From Spirochaetia bacterium (lineage in GTDB: Bacteria > Spirochaetota > Spirochaetia > SZUA-6 > Bin103), in the NCBI GenBank assembly GCA_965208575.1, contig CBDBOV010000001.1, forward strand, positions 64,001-128,000: DNA of 64,000 bases. The letters run 5' to 3'. Every line of letters begins with the position of its first letter. The stretch's first letter is position 1. The notes beneath the pieces are model-generated. The model saw only the letters and a program-made list of their open reading frames with translations, did not search any database and was not told the origin of the DNA. A program made the translations under genes and the position numbers. Below are positions 1-9,944 of the stretch, one piece after another.

Positions 1-2
1 CC

Positions 3-206
3 GGGAAGCGCCTCGGCCACCTCCACTTCGTGGACAGCAACCGCCGCCCGGCCGGCTGCGGCCACCTGTCGTACGGCCCGATCGCCGCCGCGCTGCGCGC
101 CGCCGGCTACCGCGGCTGGGCGGCGGTGGAGGCATTCCCGTACCCCGACCCGGAAGCGGCCGCGCGCCGCTCCATCAACAGCTACCGCGCCTACCTGGAG
201 GAGTGA
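3..206 (+). CDS. Sugar phosphate isomerase/epimerase (TIM-barrel, IolO/xylose-isomerase-like), 3' part, truncated by window start
   Basis: Frame from nt 3 reads GKRLGHLHFVDSNRRPAGCGHL...GYRGWAAVEAFP...; the HxxDSNR..PG.GH motif is typical of the family; TGA at 204-206. Confidence 0.8.
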   Translation, partial: GKRLGHLHFVDSNRRPAGCGHLSYGPIAAALRAAGYRGWAAVEAFPYPDPEAAARRSINSYRAYLEE

Positions 207-210
207 ATCA

Positions 211-1233
211 ATGAAGGCAATCAGTCTGCGCGAGCCGCAGCGCTTCGAGATGATCGACATCGACCCGCCGGCCGAGCCCGGGCCCGGCGAGGCGCTGGTG
301 CAGGTACACAACATCGGCATCTGCGGCACCGATGTCAGCGGCTACTTCGGCAAGATGCCGCTCATGACCTACCCGCGCATCCTCGGCCACGAACTCGGCG
401 TCGAGGTGGTGGCGGTGGGCGACGGCGTAGGCAACGTGGCGCCCGGCGACCGCTGCTCGGTGGAACCCTACCTGGACTGCATCGACGGCTGCCTGGCGTG
501 CCTGCGCGGTGCGCCCAACTGCTGCGACTCCCTGGAGGTGCTCGGCGTGCACACGGACGGCGGCATGCGCCCGCGCTTCCTGCTGCCGGCACGCAAGCTG
601 CACGTATCGACCAGGCTGGAGTTCGAGCAGCTCGCGCTGGTGGAGACGCTCGGCATCGGCGCCCACGCCGTGGACCGCGGCGCGCCCGGCCCGGACGACA
701 CGGCGCTGATCATCGGCGCCGGCCCGATCGGCCTGGCCAGCCACGAGTTCGTCCGCCTGAGCGGCGCCACCTCCATCTTCATGGACCTCAACGCGGAGCG
801 GCTGCGCTTCGCGAAGGAGGTGATGCACTGCGACCACACCCTGGTGGCGCAGGGCGACATCGCCGCCCAACTCCGCGAGCTGAACGGCGGCGAGCTGCCC
901 AACGTGGTGTTCGACGCCACCGGCTCGAACCGCTCCATGTCGGAGGCGGTGAACTACATCGCGGCCACCGGCACCCTGGTCTACGTCGGCCTCACCGCCG
1001 GCGCGCTGTCGTTCCCGCACATGGCGATTCACAAGCCGGAACTGACCGTGCGCGCCACCCGCAACTCGGTGCCCGCCAACTTCCGCGCCATCATCGAGCA
1101 CATCGAGGAGGGCCGCATCGACACCGGCCCGTGGATCACCCACCGCTCCCGCTTCGGCGACCTGATCGGCGACTTCCCCACGTTCACCCGCCTCGAAAGC
1201 GGCGTGATCAAGGCAGTCGTCGCCGTCGACTGA
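211..1233 (+). CDS. Zinc-dependent alcohol dehydrogenase (sugar-acid dehydrogenase, YjjN/LgoD-like)
   Basis: GICGTD, GHE, Cys cluster C..C..C...C, GAGPIG Rossmann motif; GGAGGAG RBS upstream. Confidence 0.9.
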   Translation: MKAISLREPQRFEMIDIDPPAEPGPGEALVQVHNIGICGTDVSGYFGKMPLMTYPRILGHELGVEVVAVGDGVGNVAPGDRCSVEPYLDCIDGCLACLRGAPNCCDSLEVLGVHTDGGMRPRFLLPARKLHVSTRLEFEQLALVETLGIGAHAVDRGAPGPDDTALIIGAGPIGLASHEFVRLSGATSIFMDLNAERLRFAKEVMHCDHTLVAQGDIAAQLRELNGGELPNVVFDATGSNRSMSEAVNYIAATGTLVYVGLTAGALSFPHMAIHKPELTVRATRNSVPANFRAIIEHIEEGRIDTGPWITHRSRFGDLIGDFPTFTRLESGVIKAVVAVD

Positions 1234-1317
1234 GTATCTCCCGCGGCCTCACGCGGGCGGCGTGCTCAGGCCGCGCCGGCAAGACCACAGGGGTGGTTCA
1301 TGCCAAGTTGGGGCGCT

Positions 1318-1785
1318 TCACTCCGCCTCCATCCCGGCGAGCAGTTCCTCCGGGGTGCGCTCCGGGGACGCAAACGGGTCGGTCACTCGTACCCTCCCGA
1401 ACCTCTGGCCGTGCTGCAAATCTTCGGTCAGCAGCACTCGGCAGTCGCCGGCCTGCGCGGCCGCCACGATGAGCGCGTCCCACCAGGACAGCGAGTAGCG
1501 AGCCTCGAGGCGCCAACCGCGCTCCAGTAGGGCGAGATCGACGGCAAGCGGCTGCCACGCGGTGAGGTCGCGGACCAGCGTACGTGCGTCGTCCGCGTCA
1601 AATCGCGGCGTCAGCTTGCGGGTCAGGGTCGAGTACAGCTCCTGCAACACCTGGAAGCTGAGCCGGCCTGCACGCCGGCGCCACACATACTGGTACCAGG
1701 CTTCCGCCCGCGCCTGTTTCGCCGGCTCGCTCGCATCGTGGCGGTAGACGAGTACGTTGGTGTCAACGAAAATCGGCCCGGTCAT
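1318..1785 (-). CDS. PIN-domain (VapC-like) toxin
   Basis: FVDTNVLVY, QVLQE, SWWDALI, LTEDLQHG PIN motifs; overlaps the antitoxin stop. Confidence 0.9.
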   Translation of the reverse strand: MTGPIFVDTNVLVYRHDASEPAKQARAEAWYQYVWRRRAGRLSFQVLQELYSTLTRKLTPRFDADDARTLVRDLTAWQPLAVDLALLERGWRLEARYSLSWWDALIVAAAQAGDCRVLLTEDLQHGQRFGRVRVTDPFASPERTPEELLAGMEAE

Positions 1786-2005
1786 GAAGCTCCTCACGGG
1801 TCGGCTTGCGGCCGTCGACCCACTGAAACTTGCGCGGCTCTATCGCCATGCATCGCTCCATCGCCGCTTCGTACTCTTCGTCCCGGCGGCGCATCTTGTC
1901 GAGCATGTCGGCCAGCCAGCCGGACACGCTGCGGTCGGCTTTGGCTGCCTCCACGCGCAGCCACCGTGCGGTGTCCTCAGGCAACGAAACCGTTACGTTC
2001 TTCAT
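1763..2005 (-). CDS. Ribbon-helix-helix antitoxin (VapB/CopG-like)
   Basis: MKNVTVSLPEDTARWLRVEAA RHH-like N-terminus and TREELHDR C-terminus; directly upstream of the PIN gene. Confidence 0.85.
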   Translation of the reverse strand: MKNVTVSLPEDTARWLRVEAAKADRSVSGWLADMLDKMRRRDEEYEAAMERCMAIEPRKFQWVDGRKPTREELHDRADFR

Positions 2006-2011
2006 GCCACG

Positions 2012-2040
2012 AAAATAGTGAAGCACGATAATCGTGTCAA
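2012..2040 (-). promoter_or_regulatory. Sigma70 promoter with operator palindrome for the TA operon (leaderless)
   Basis: Minus strand TTGACA-N17-TATTTT-N6-ATG; palindrome CACGATAATCGTG at 2024-2036 overlaps the -35 and spacer. Confidence 0.75.
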
Positions 2041-2364
2041 ATGGGAAGTGGCCAATCCGACGGATCAGAGTATACTGCGGCCGTCGTGGCGGAACGGGAT
2101 CGGCGGGTGGCGCATCCGATCGTCAACCTCGTGGTGTGGCTGATTGCGATCGGGATGATCGTGACGGTGGCGGCGCTGGCCGGCGGGCGCCTGGCCGGAA
2201 TTGTCGGGGCGATGCTCACCGCCGACACGCCCCTGGCCGGACGCATTGCCGTGGCCGCGGGGATGGGGGTGATGGCGCTGATGCTGCTGGCGTTCTTCAC
2301 CTGGCTGGTCACGGCGCTGGTACGAAACGCCGCCAGCCACCTGACCCGCCGCCGGCAGCGCTGA
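2041..2364 (+). CDS. Small hypothetical membrane protein (2-3 TM)
   Basis: Hydrophobic segments, GC3-rich codons. Confidence 0.6.
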   Translation: MGSGQSDGSEYTAAVVAERDRRVAHPIVNLVVWLIAIGMIVTVAALAGGRLAGIVGAMLTADTPLAGRIAVAAGMGVMALMLLAFFTWLVTALVRNAASHLTRRRQR

Positions 2365-2437
2365 GCCGTCCGGCCCGCGTGGGCGCCTGGCCGGTACGCT
2401 CCGGCGTCCGCTGCCGTGAACGATCGCTCCGCCGCGC

Positions 2438-3049
2438 TCAGGCGGTCGATTCGTCGTCCAGTTCCAGCTTGATGACCAGTACCTCGTTCGTGAGTTCGTT
2501 CACCGGCAGGTCGCGGATGCGCAGGCAGGGGCGCGCGGTCCAGCGCCACGGGATCACGTCCACCGCCCACGCCAGCTCGCGGCCGTCGTTGAGCAGGGTG
2601 GCCGCGCGCGGGCCGAGCATCTCGTGGTGGCGGCCCAGGTTGGGGTAGTGGCGGTGGTGCCAGTCGGGCAGCGAGTAGTAGAAGCCCAGCACCACGCCGC
2701 GCCGGTGGCACGCCTCGGCCAGCATGCCGACAATGTCCTTGCCGAACGGCGAGCGCATCACGTTGTAGTCGGTGTACGCGGTGTCCCACAGGCAGAAGCC
2801 GTCGTGGTGCTTGGTGGTCACGCACAGGTACTCCATGCCCGCCTCCTGCAGCACGTCGAGCCAGGCGTCCGGGTTGAACTGCCGGGGATTGAACTCGTCC
2901 ACCAGCTTCTCGTAGTCGCGCCGCTTGATGTCGCCGCGCCACAGGATCTGCTCGTGCCACGCCGGGATGGCGTACAGCCCCCAGTGGATGAACATCCCGA
3001 ACCGCTTGCCAAAGAACCAGTCGCGGCCGTCGCCGAACGGCTTGATCAT
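2438..3049 (-). pseudogene. Alpha-L-fucosidase (GH29) with a large in-frame internal deletion
   Basis: RFGMFIHWGLY, TTKHHDGFCLW, FYYSLPDW motifs; after GPRA it jumps to the C-terminal ATLLNDG...VIKLE; only 203 aa, no WFDG-type nucleophile segment; GGAGGAG RBS and ATGA overlap with the upstream gene. Confidence 0.75.
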
Positions 3050-3855
3050 GTCTCTCCTCCCAGTGTTCCGCGTGGTGGTGGCGCCGCCGCCGGGGTCGCG
3101 AGCAGGCGGTGGATCTCCTGCCAGCGCGCGGGGTGGCTGTCGTGGGTGATCTCCGGCTCGAAGCCGAGTTTCAGGTAGGTCCTGATGGCGGGCAGGCGCC
3201 AATCGTCGGTGTTGAGGATGGTCGCCGCCCAGCCGCGCCGGCGAGCATACCACAGCACCGCCCGGCACACCTGCAGCCCGAGGCCGCGGCCCTGATGGGC
3301 GGGATCGACCGCCACCCAGCCCAGCTCATGGCGCGGCTCGGCGGGCGTCGGGCGCACCGTGCAGGCGGTGGCCACGGGGTGGCCGCGATGCAGAACCAGG
3401 TACGTGCCCTCCGGCACCACCGGGCGCGGGTCGTTCAGGCAGCGCTCGGCGCGCGCCCGGTCCCAGGCGCCGAGCTGGCCGGTGGCGCCCAGCACCGCGA
3501 TCCAATCGTCCGGGTCCCGCTCCGCCAGGGTGGCAAGGGTGTGGCCGGGCGGCAGGCTGACCGCTTGCAGCGCCGCGAACGTCCGCAACCGCATTCGCAA
3601 TTGCGGCAGCCGCGGGCCCGGTGGAGGCGCAGCCGGCAGCGCCGGACCACCGGCGGCAGCGACCGGCGGTCGGGAGTCGCGGCCCCGGGCGCCTGCCGCC
3701 GCATCTGCCGCGGCCGAGGCGGCCGCCAAGCACGCGGCGTGCGCGGAGCGTGCGGTGTCCGCGGCGCCGGCGGCGGAGATCCGAGGGCCTGCCGGGCCGG
3801 CCATGCCCGCCGCGCCCGCCGGGCCGGCGCAAGCGCCCCGCGGCTCAGAACGCAT
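3046..3855 (-). CDS. GNAT family N-acetyltransferase (Ala/Pro-rich N-terminal extension; start uncertain)
   Basis: VAVDPAHQGRGLG acetyl-CoA motif, AIRTYLKLGF. Confidence 0.8.
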   Translation of the reverse strand: MRSEPRGACAGPAGAAGMAGPAGPRISAAGAADTARSAHAACLAAASAAADAAAGARGRDSRPPVAAAGGPALPAAPPPGPRLPQLRMRLRTFAALQAVSLPPGHTLATLAERDPDDWIAVLGATGQLGAWDRARAERCLNDPRPVVPEGTYLVLHRGHPVATACTVRPTPAEPRHELGWVAVDPAHQGRGLGLQVCRAVLWYARRRGWAATILNTDDWRLPAIRTYLKLGFEPEITHDSHPARWQEIHRLLATPAAAPPPRGTLGGET

Positions 3856-4870
3856 TGCGCACCTTGACCGGCCTGCCGCTGCGCAGCGACTCCCAACAGG
3901 CCAGTCCGGTGGCCACCACCCGCGCTCCCTCGCGCACGCCGACCCACGGCGTCTTGCCGTCCAGGATGCACTCCGCGAGGTGCGCCATCATCACCAGCAT
4001 CTCCTGGTGGTGGCCGAGCGGCAGCCGGCTGGAGAACGCCGCCTCCGTGGAACGCGCCGGCAGGTAGCCCTCGCCGTCCACCGTCTTGCGGGCGTTGCGC
4101 AGCACCCCTTTCGTGCCGTACACGGTGAGCTCGTTCATCACCTCCCCGGGCGGCTCCACCACGCCGAGGTAGTTGGCGATGCGCCCGATCCGCCCGCTCG
4201 CGAAGCGCACGTTGATCACGAAGTTGTCCTCCCGCGGATACTCCGGAGCCAGCCCGCTGCGCTGGCCGTAGCAGTGCACCTCCTCGATGTCGCCCATGAA
4301 CCAGCGCAGCAGGTCGATCGGGTGGCAGGCGCCGCCCAGGATCAGGTCCTGCGGCATCCGCACACGCCACGGCGAGTAGTCGTACACCGGGCGCAGGTCG
4401 TGGATGTAGTGCGACTCCGCCAGGTAGGGCTCGCCGATCTCGCCGGCGTCGCACGCGCGCTTCGCCTCCATGAAGTCGAACCGCCCGCGCAGCGACTGGC
4501 TTACCAGCAGCACCCGGCCGGTGCGATCCACCGCGTCGACCACCTGCTCCGCCTGCGCCATGGTGTACACCATCGACTTGGTCACCATCACGTGCTTGCC
4601 GGCGTCGAGGGCGGCCAGGATCTGCGCTGCATGCAATGGGCCGGGCGTGTAGATACCGATCACGTCCAGCTCCGGGCGCGCCGCCAGCTCGGCAAAGTCG
4701 GTGGTGACAACGGGCACGTCGTAGCGCTCGGCGGCCTGCCGGGCGCGCTCGCCGTCGGTATCGCACACCGCCGTCACCCGCAGCCGCAGGTGGCTCCCCG
4801 CGGCCGCGTTCGCCTGCAGCAGCGTGGCCCCATGGCCCAGCCCGGCCACCCCCAGCTTCAATTCCTTCAC
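3845..4870 (-). CDS. Gfo/Idh/MocA family oxidoreductase
   Basis: LGVAGLGHG, GKHVMVTKSM, HPIDLLRW; GTG start with GGAGGGAGG RBS. Confidence 0.9.
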   Translation of the reverse strand: MKELKLGVAGLGHGATLLQANAAAGSHLRLRVTAVCDTDGERARQAAERYDVPVVTTDFAELAARPELDVIGIYTPGPLHAAQILAALDAGKHVMVTKSMVYTMAQAEQVVDAVDRTGRVLLVSQSLRGRFDFMEAKRACDAGEIGEPYLAESHYIHDLRPVYDYSPWRVRMPQDLILGGACHPIDLLRWFMGDIEEVHCYGQRSGLAPEYPREDNFVINVRFASGRIGRIANYLGVVEPPGEVMNELTVYGTKGVLRNARKTVDGEGYLPARSTEAAFSSRLPLGHHQEMLVMMAHLAECILDGKTPWVGVREGARVVATGLACWESLRSGRPVKVRNAF

Positions 4871-4932
4871 GCGCCTCCCTCCGCCGCGTAGTGTAGGGAA
4901 ACCGCGCGCCTGTTGCAGGCCGGATCCGGTGG

Positions 4933-5736
4933 TTACAGCCGGTCCTCGGCGCGGTCGGCGGGGTGGAAGCCGAGCACGGCGCGGGTGTGCTCGGTGTCGA
5001 GCCACCGGTAGCGGTTGTCCGAAACGGCGTAGAACACGTCGAAGCGCAGCTCCGGCGGCGCGTTGACGGCCAGTTCGGCCGCGGTGGCGATGTCGCGCTG
5101 ACTGCACCACAGTGCCGACCCGGCGGCGCCGCGCGGCGCGTCGTCGCCGTTTACGCCGCCGATGCGCAGGCACAGGCACGACAGCCCGTGGCCGTCGGCG
5201 TACGCGCGGCACAGCCCCTCGCCCCACACCTTGCTGGCCGAGTAGGGCTCGGTGGGGCGCACCGCGTCGCGGTGGGTCACGCGGTGGAACTCCGCCGGCA
5301 CGGCGTCGAAGCGCGCCTCCCGGATCGCCTTGTAGGGCTCGTCGAACTGGTAGCCCCAGTCGGTCATGACCGTGCTCGCGTAGACGATGCGGCGCACCCC
5401 CTGGCGCCGGCACGCTTCGAGCGCATGGTAGCCGCCCACCACGTTGCTGTTCAGGATCGCCTCGAACGGCGCCGAAGGATCCGGCACCGCGCCCATGTGC
5501 ACCACCACCTCGGCGCCCGCGAACGCGCGCTCCACCGCGGCCGGGTCGGCCAGGTCGGCGCGCGTAAAGCGCTCCGGCGGGCAACTGAGCGCCCGCCCCG
5601 CCGCCACCCGGTCGGACGGCTCGTAGCGCCGCCCGCTGCCGGTCACCTCGTAGCGCTCCGGCTGCGCCGCCAGGTGCGCATACACCACGTCCCCTATCAA
5701 CCCGCTCACCCCGGTCACGTGTACCTTCAGTGCCAT
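4933..5736 (-). CDS. NAD-dependent epimerase/dehydratase (uronate dehydrogenase-like)
   Basis: TGVSGLIG, YSASK (YxxxK), LRIG. Confidence 0.85.
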   Translation of the reverse strand: MALKVHVTGVSGLIGDVVYAHLAAQPERYEVTGSGRRYEPSDRVAAGRALSCPPERFTRADLADPAAVERAFAGAEVVVHMGAVPDPSAPFEAILNSNVVGGYHALEACRRQGVRRIVYASTVMTDWGYQFDEPYKAIREARFDAVPAEFHRVTHRDAVRPTEPYSASKVWGEGLCRAYADGHGLSCLCLRIGGVNGDDAPRGAAGSALWCSQRDIATAAELAVNAPPELRFDVFYAVSDNRYRWLDTEHTRAVLGFHPADRAEDRL

Positions 5737-5847
5737 CGCTTCCTGCCTCCTCCCGCGTGCAGCGTACCGGCCGTCCCTGCGCGGCAAAAGGGGCGGGCTT
5801 CCCGGAGCGTGCCCGTACGCGGCATCCTGTGGCACGGAACCAACGTC

Positions 5848-6612
5848 ATGACCATGGAACAATGTCTTGCCGACCTCGGCTCCTCCGCCGAGCTGCTCAG
5901 CGACCGCCAGCGCGGCGAGTTGCGGCGCAAGGGATACACGCTGCTGCCGGGTGTGATCGACGCCGACTGGCTGGCCCGGCTGCGCGCGCGGTTCGAGGAG
6001 CTGGTGGCCGCGGAGGGAGCGGTGGCCGGCGTGGAGGTGCACCAGGAGGAGGGTACGCGCCGGCTGGCGGACCTGGTGAACAAGGGCGACGTGTTCGACG
6101 GCGTGTGGTCGCACCCGCTGTTGCTGGCGGCAGCGCACTGCGTGATCGACGCACCCTTCCATCTCGGTTCGCTGAACGCGCGCGATGCCTTGCCCGGCGA
6201 GGGATTGCAGGCGCTGCACCAGGACGGCAAGCGCGACGTGCCGCCCCCGCGCTACGGCTGCAACTCGGTGTGGATGCTCGATGACTTCACCGCCGACAAC
6301 GGCTGCACACGCATGGTGCCCGGCACCTGCACGCTCGCCCACCCCAGGGAGGTGCTCGACGATGCCAAGGCGCCGCACCCGGACGAGGAACTGATCACGG
6401 CGCCGGCCGGCAGCGTGGCGGTGTTCAACTCCTACACCTGGCACGGCGGCACCCGGAACCGCACCCGCGATGGCCACCGGCGCTGCCTGCACTGCTACTT
6501 CAATCCGCGCCACCTGGCGCAGCAGACCGACCAGCGCGCCTACCTGCGCCCGGCGACGGCCGCGCGCCTGAGCCCCGCGCAGCGCTACCTGCTCGACCTG
6601 GAGGACGAGTGA
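5848..6612 (+). CDS. Phytanoyl-CoA dioxygenase (PhyH) family 2OG-Fe(II) dioxygenase
   Basis: LHQD, WMLDDFTADNGCTRMVPG, WHGG, NRT motifs. Confidence 0.9.
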   Translation: MTMEQCLADLGSSAELLSDRQRGELRRKGYTLLPGVIDADWLARLRARFEELVAAEGAVAGVEVHQEEGTRRLADLVNKGDVFDGVWSHPLLLAAAHCVIDAPFHLGSLNARDALPGEGLQALHQDGKRDVPPPRYGCNSVWMLDDFTADNGCTRMVPGTCTLAHPREVLDDAKAPHPDEELITAPAGSVAVFNSYTWHGGTRNRTRDGHRRCLHCYFNPRHLAQQTDQRAYLRPATAARLSPAQRYLLDLEDE

Positions 6613-6977
6613 TGGCGGGCTCCGTCCAGCAGGGCCAGATAGTGCGCCTCAGCGGCCTGCCGGGCATCGCCTGCCCGTGCGGCACCGCCCGGCGCGCCTT
6701 CGCCGAGGCCGCCGAGGGCCGCGCCAGCCTGCACTTGGTGGAGGTGAAGCAGGACAGCGAGCGCCACTACCACCGCCGCCTCACCGAGATCTACTACGTG
6801 CTGTCGGGCGAGGGACAGATGGAATTCGACGGCGAACTGCGGCCGGTGGCCGCCGGCGATGCGATTTTCATACCCCCCGGCGTCGTGCACCGTGCCGTCC
6901 CCGGCGCGGCGCCGATGTCCATACTCAATTTCGTCATGCCGGCGTTCGACCCGGACGACGAGTGGTTGGTCGAGTAG
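6609..6977 (+). CDS. Cupin domain protein
   Basis: HYHRRLTEIYYVLSGEG, IPPGVVHRA; GTGA overlap with the PhyH gene. Confidence 0.9.
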   Translation: MMAGSVQQGQIVRLSGLPGIACPCGTARRAFAEAAEGRASLHLVEVKQDSERHYHRRLTEIYYVLSGEGQMEFDGELRPVAAGDAIFIPPGVVHRAVPGAAPMSILNFVMPAFDPDDEWLVE

Positions 6978-6981
6978 GCTG

Positions 6982-7392
6982 CTAGCGGCCAAAGCCGATG
7001 CCGCGCTGCGGGGTGCGCGGCTGTTCCCGGCGCTCCGGCCACAGCGGGGCGTAGCTCTCGATGCAGTGCGCGATGTCGGGCAGGCGCATCCGCACCGCCG
7101 CCCACGCCAGGCGCGGATGCAGGCTGGCCGGTTCCAGCAGCCGGGCGCCGTCGTCGAGCGCCATCACCTGGTCGCGCACCGCGTCGACCTCTTCGTCCGA
7201 CAGGCCGCGGTAGTCCCAGATGCGCACCACCGCGGCGCCGGTCTCCTCGTCCTGGGAGGTGATCGAGTGCAGGGAATAGCGGCTGCCGTCGGCGAGGACC
7301 ATCTCCACGCAGAACGGCGGTACGATGCCGTCGATCCCGGTCAGCCAGCGGATCAGCGGGTCTTCGTCCCAGTTGGATGGTGCCGGATTCAC
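6982..7392 (-). CDS. Hypothetical protein
   Basis: 136-aa ORF with globular composition and GC3 bias. Confidence 0.6.
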   Translation of the reverse strand: MNPAPSNWDEDPLIRWLTGIDGIVPPFCVEMVLADGSRYSLHSITSQDEETGAAVVRIWDYRGLSDEEVDAVRDQVMALDDGARLLEPASLHPRLAWAAVRMRLPDIAHCIESYAPLWPERREQPRTPQRGIGFGR

Positions 7393-7571
7393 GGCTCACC
7401 ATGGTAGCGGGTTCGACGCCGCCGGTCATCCATCCGCCTCCGCCGATTTCCGCCGATTCTCCGCCGCTCCGCCGCCTCCGCAACCCGCACTCAGTACACT
7501 CCTGACTCCTGCACTGACTCCTGCCAGCCCGCTTGACTACGCTGTGCCATTCGAGGAAGCCTGGTGGCCCG

Positions 7572-7727
7572 GTGAGTACCGAGGCAATCGCCTTCGCTGG
7601 TGTCGGCGTGGCTCTGCTGGCCGTGCTGGTGCCGGTCGTCGTCCTGCAGAGCCGCCGTCTGGAGCAACGCATAGACTCCGTTGCCGCCGCCTTGGCGAGC
7701 GCCCGCACCGAATTGCGCACCGACCGT
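7572..7727 (+). pseudogene. N-terminal fragment of a small TM + coiled-coil protein (paralog at 61415)
   Basis: MSTEAIAFAGVGVALLAVLVP...RRLEQRIDSVAAALASARTELRTD aligns with MSAEAVAIVGVGVALLAVLVP...LQRRIDTLAAELASAHTELRAD; similarity ends at the ligase stop. Confidence 0.6.
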
Positions 7728-9595
7728 CACACTCCGCCGCTGCCCACGTGCAGTGCCCGCATGGCGGCCACCGTGTCGGCCTCGCCGGCGCGCTTGTCGT
7801 CGCGGTAGCGTCTGACCCGGGCAAAGCGCAGGGCCATGCCGGAGTCGTAGCGGGAACTGCGCTGGATGCCGTCGAATGCGATCTCCACCACCTGTTCCGG
7901 GCGCACGTACACCACGCCGCCCCGGCGCTGCGTCTCCAGTTCCAGGAAGCGCTCGGTCTGCCAGCGCAGCATGTCGTCGGTCATGCCCTTGAAGGTCTTG
8001 CCCACCATGGCGAAGCCGCCGCGCTCGGTGTCGCGCGCGGCCAGGTGCAGGTTGCTCAGCGAGCCGCGCCGGCGGCCCGATCCCCACTCGACCGCTACCA
8101 CCACCAGGTCCAGGGTGTGCGCCGGCTTCACCTTGATCCAGCCGCTGCCGCGCCGGCCTGCCTCGTAGGTGCTGTCCAGCGCCTTGACCATCACTCCCTC
8201 GTGGCCGGCCGCGAGCACCCCGGCGGCATGGCGCGCGGCGTCCTCCGGGTCGGCGGTGATCACCCGCGGCACGCGCAGGGCGGCCGGGCAGGCGCGGTCC
8301 AGCGCCGCCAGCCGCTCGCTGAGCGGCCGGTCGATCAGGTCCTCCCCGTCCAGGTGCAGGCAATCGAAGAAGAACGGAACCAGCAACCGCCCGTTCGGGG
8401 CGCCGCCCGCATCGCCTCGGGCGTCATCCGCCGGCGCGCCGGCAGCCGCGGCTCCCGCCTGACCGCGGGTGTCCTCTGACGCGGCGCGCTCTCCCGCAGC
8501 GACACGGCGCCCGCCGCCCGCCCGCGCGTGCAGGGCGGCTTCGCCGATTCGTTGAGCTGCATCGGTCGCGTCCGCCCGGCGTGCATCGGGCGGCGCCCCG
8601 GTGCCGGAACCGCCAGCGTCAGCGGTGGCGCACTGCGCCGCACCGGCCAGCGCCCGCCCGCGTACATCGGCGGCGTCGTGGTGTTCCGGCGGGCTCCCTC
8701 CGGCGGCGCCGGCCGCCGTGTCGTTGGCAGCGCCGGTCCGTGCGCCGCGGCGGCCGAACCGGCTCATGGTAACCTGGAACGGCAGCGGGCGGCCGTCGGG
8801 GCGCAGGGCCAGCACCTCGCCGTCCAGGATCACCGAGCGCACCCGCAGGTTGACCACCGCGGCCACCAGGCCGGACAGGTTGGCGGACACCTCGCGCAGG
8901 TTGCGGGTGTACACGCGCACCTCGGCGCCGCAGCGGTGCACCTGCACGCGGGCGCCGTCGTACTTGGTCTCGACCGACGCGGTTCCGGTGCGCTGCAGCG
9001 CGGCCGCCACCTCCGGCGCGGTACCGGCGAGCATCGGCAGCAGCGGGCGAAACAGGGTCAGCCGGAAGCCGCGTAGCGCCTCCACGCCGGCGGCGAGCGC
9101 CGCCTCCCCGACCGCGGGCAGCGAGCCGGACACCATGAGGGCGCGCCGGACGTCGGTGGTGTCCACCTCGGCGGCCGCGGCCAGCGCGTCCGCCATGATG
9201 CCTTCCAGGGCGCCCTGGCGCAGCTCGCCCACCAGCAGCCGGCGCACAAACTGCTGCTCCGCGGCGCTGGCGCGGCACAGCAGCCGTTCCAGGATGGCGG
9301 CGCGCCGCGCGCCGGAACCGGGGCCGCCGGTACGCGCCAGCTCCGCGATGCCGTCGGCAGCCTGCCGTATGGTCAGGGTGGCCTCGGCCGCCGCCGCCAC
9401 CTCGGTGTCTCGCAGCGCCGCGTAGCCGATGCCGATCCGCCCTTCCGGCAGCGTACCCGACAGCCAGGCGATTCCTGTGCGCCGCTCGCCCGCCTCGAGC
9501 CGGCCCAGGCAGCCGGCCAGCGCCGCTACCTTGGCGGTGCGGGAGCGTGTCGCCGCCACCGCCGCTGACGCCGCCACCAGGTCTGCCAGCAGCAC
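7727..9595 (-). CDS. ATP-dependent DNA ligase (LigB-like) with a ~120-aa low-complexity insertion
   Basis: ETKYDGARVQVH (motif I), ILDGE, FFFD, EGVMVK, WIKVKP, LRFARV; insertion at about 8390-8750. Confidence 0.9.
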   Translation of the reverse strand: MLLADLVAASAAVAATRSRTAKVAALAGCLGRLEAGERRTGIAWLSGTLPEGRIGIGYAALRDTEVAAAAEATLTIRQAADGIAELARTGGPGSGARRAAILERLLCRASAAEQQFVRRLLVGELRQGALEGIMADALAAAAEVDTTDVRRALMVSGSLPAVGEAALAAGVEALRGFRLTLFRPLLPMLAGTAPEVAAALQRTGTASVETKYDGARVQVHRCGAEVRVYTRNLREVSANLSGLVAAVVNLRVRSVILDGEVLALRPDGRPLPFQVTMSRFGRRGARTGAANDTAAGAAGGSPPEHHDAADVRGRALAGAAQCATADAGGSGTGAPPDARRADATDAAQRIGEAALHARAGGGRRVAAGERAASEDTRGQAGAAAAGAPADDARGDAGGAPNGRLLVPFFFDCLHLDGEDLIDRPLSERLAALDRACPAALRVPRVITADPEDAARHAAGVLAAGHEGVMVKALDSTYEAGRRGSGWIKVKPAHTLDLVVVAVEWGSGRRRGSLSNLHLAARDTERGGFAMVGKTFKGMTDDMLRWQTERFLELETQRRGGVVYVRPEQVVEIAFDGIQRSSRYDSGMALRFARVRRYRDDKRAGEADTVAAMRALHVGSGGV

Positions 9596-9944
9596 GCCGC
9601 CGCTACCGCCCCGCCGCGCTCGATGCCGTGCTGACCGTGCGCCCGAACCATGCGGCTGCCGGTGGGCGGCACACCGCCGGCGGCCGGCGGCGCTGTGCCG
9701 GAAGTGGCATCCACGCGGCTCCGATAGCGGCAAGCCGTTGCGCGTCCGCACGTCGATACGGACGGTCGCAGCCGTGATCGTCGCGGTGCCTGCGGCAACC
9801 CCGACAGCCGTCGGCGCAACACCGGCAGCGGCGGCTGCGGCGACCTGACCCGGCTGGCCGAGCGGCTGCTCGCTCACCAATGCCCGCCAGGCTGACTCCT
9901 CGTACCTCGCCGCTGTCGGTCGACTCCGCGTCCAGCACCGGCTG

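Noticed and set aside
9600-9940. Ig-like (Big_2) remnant suggested by AVGVAAGTATITA
   Set aside because: Only a short motif with no continuous domain; too weak to call
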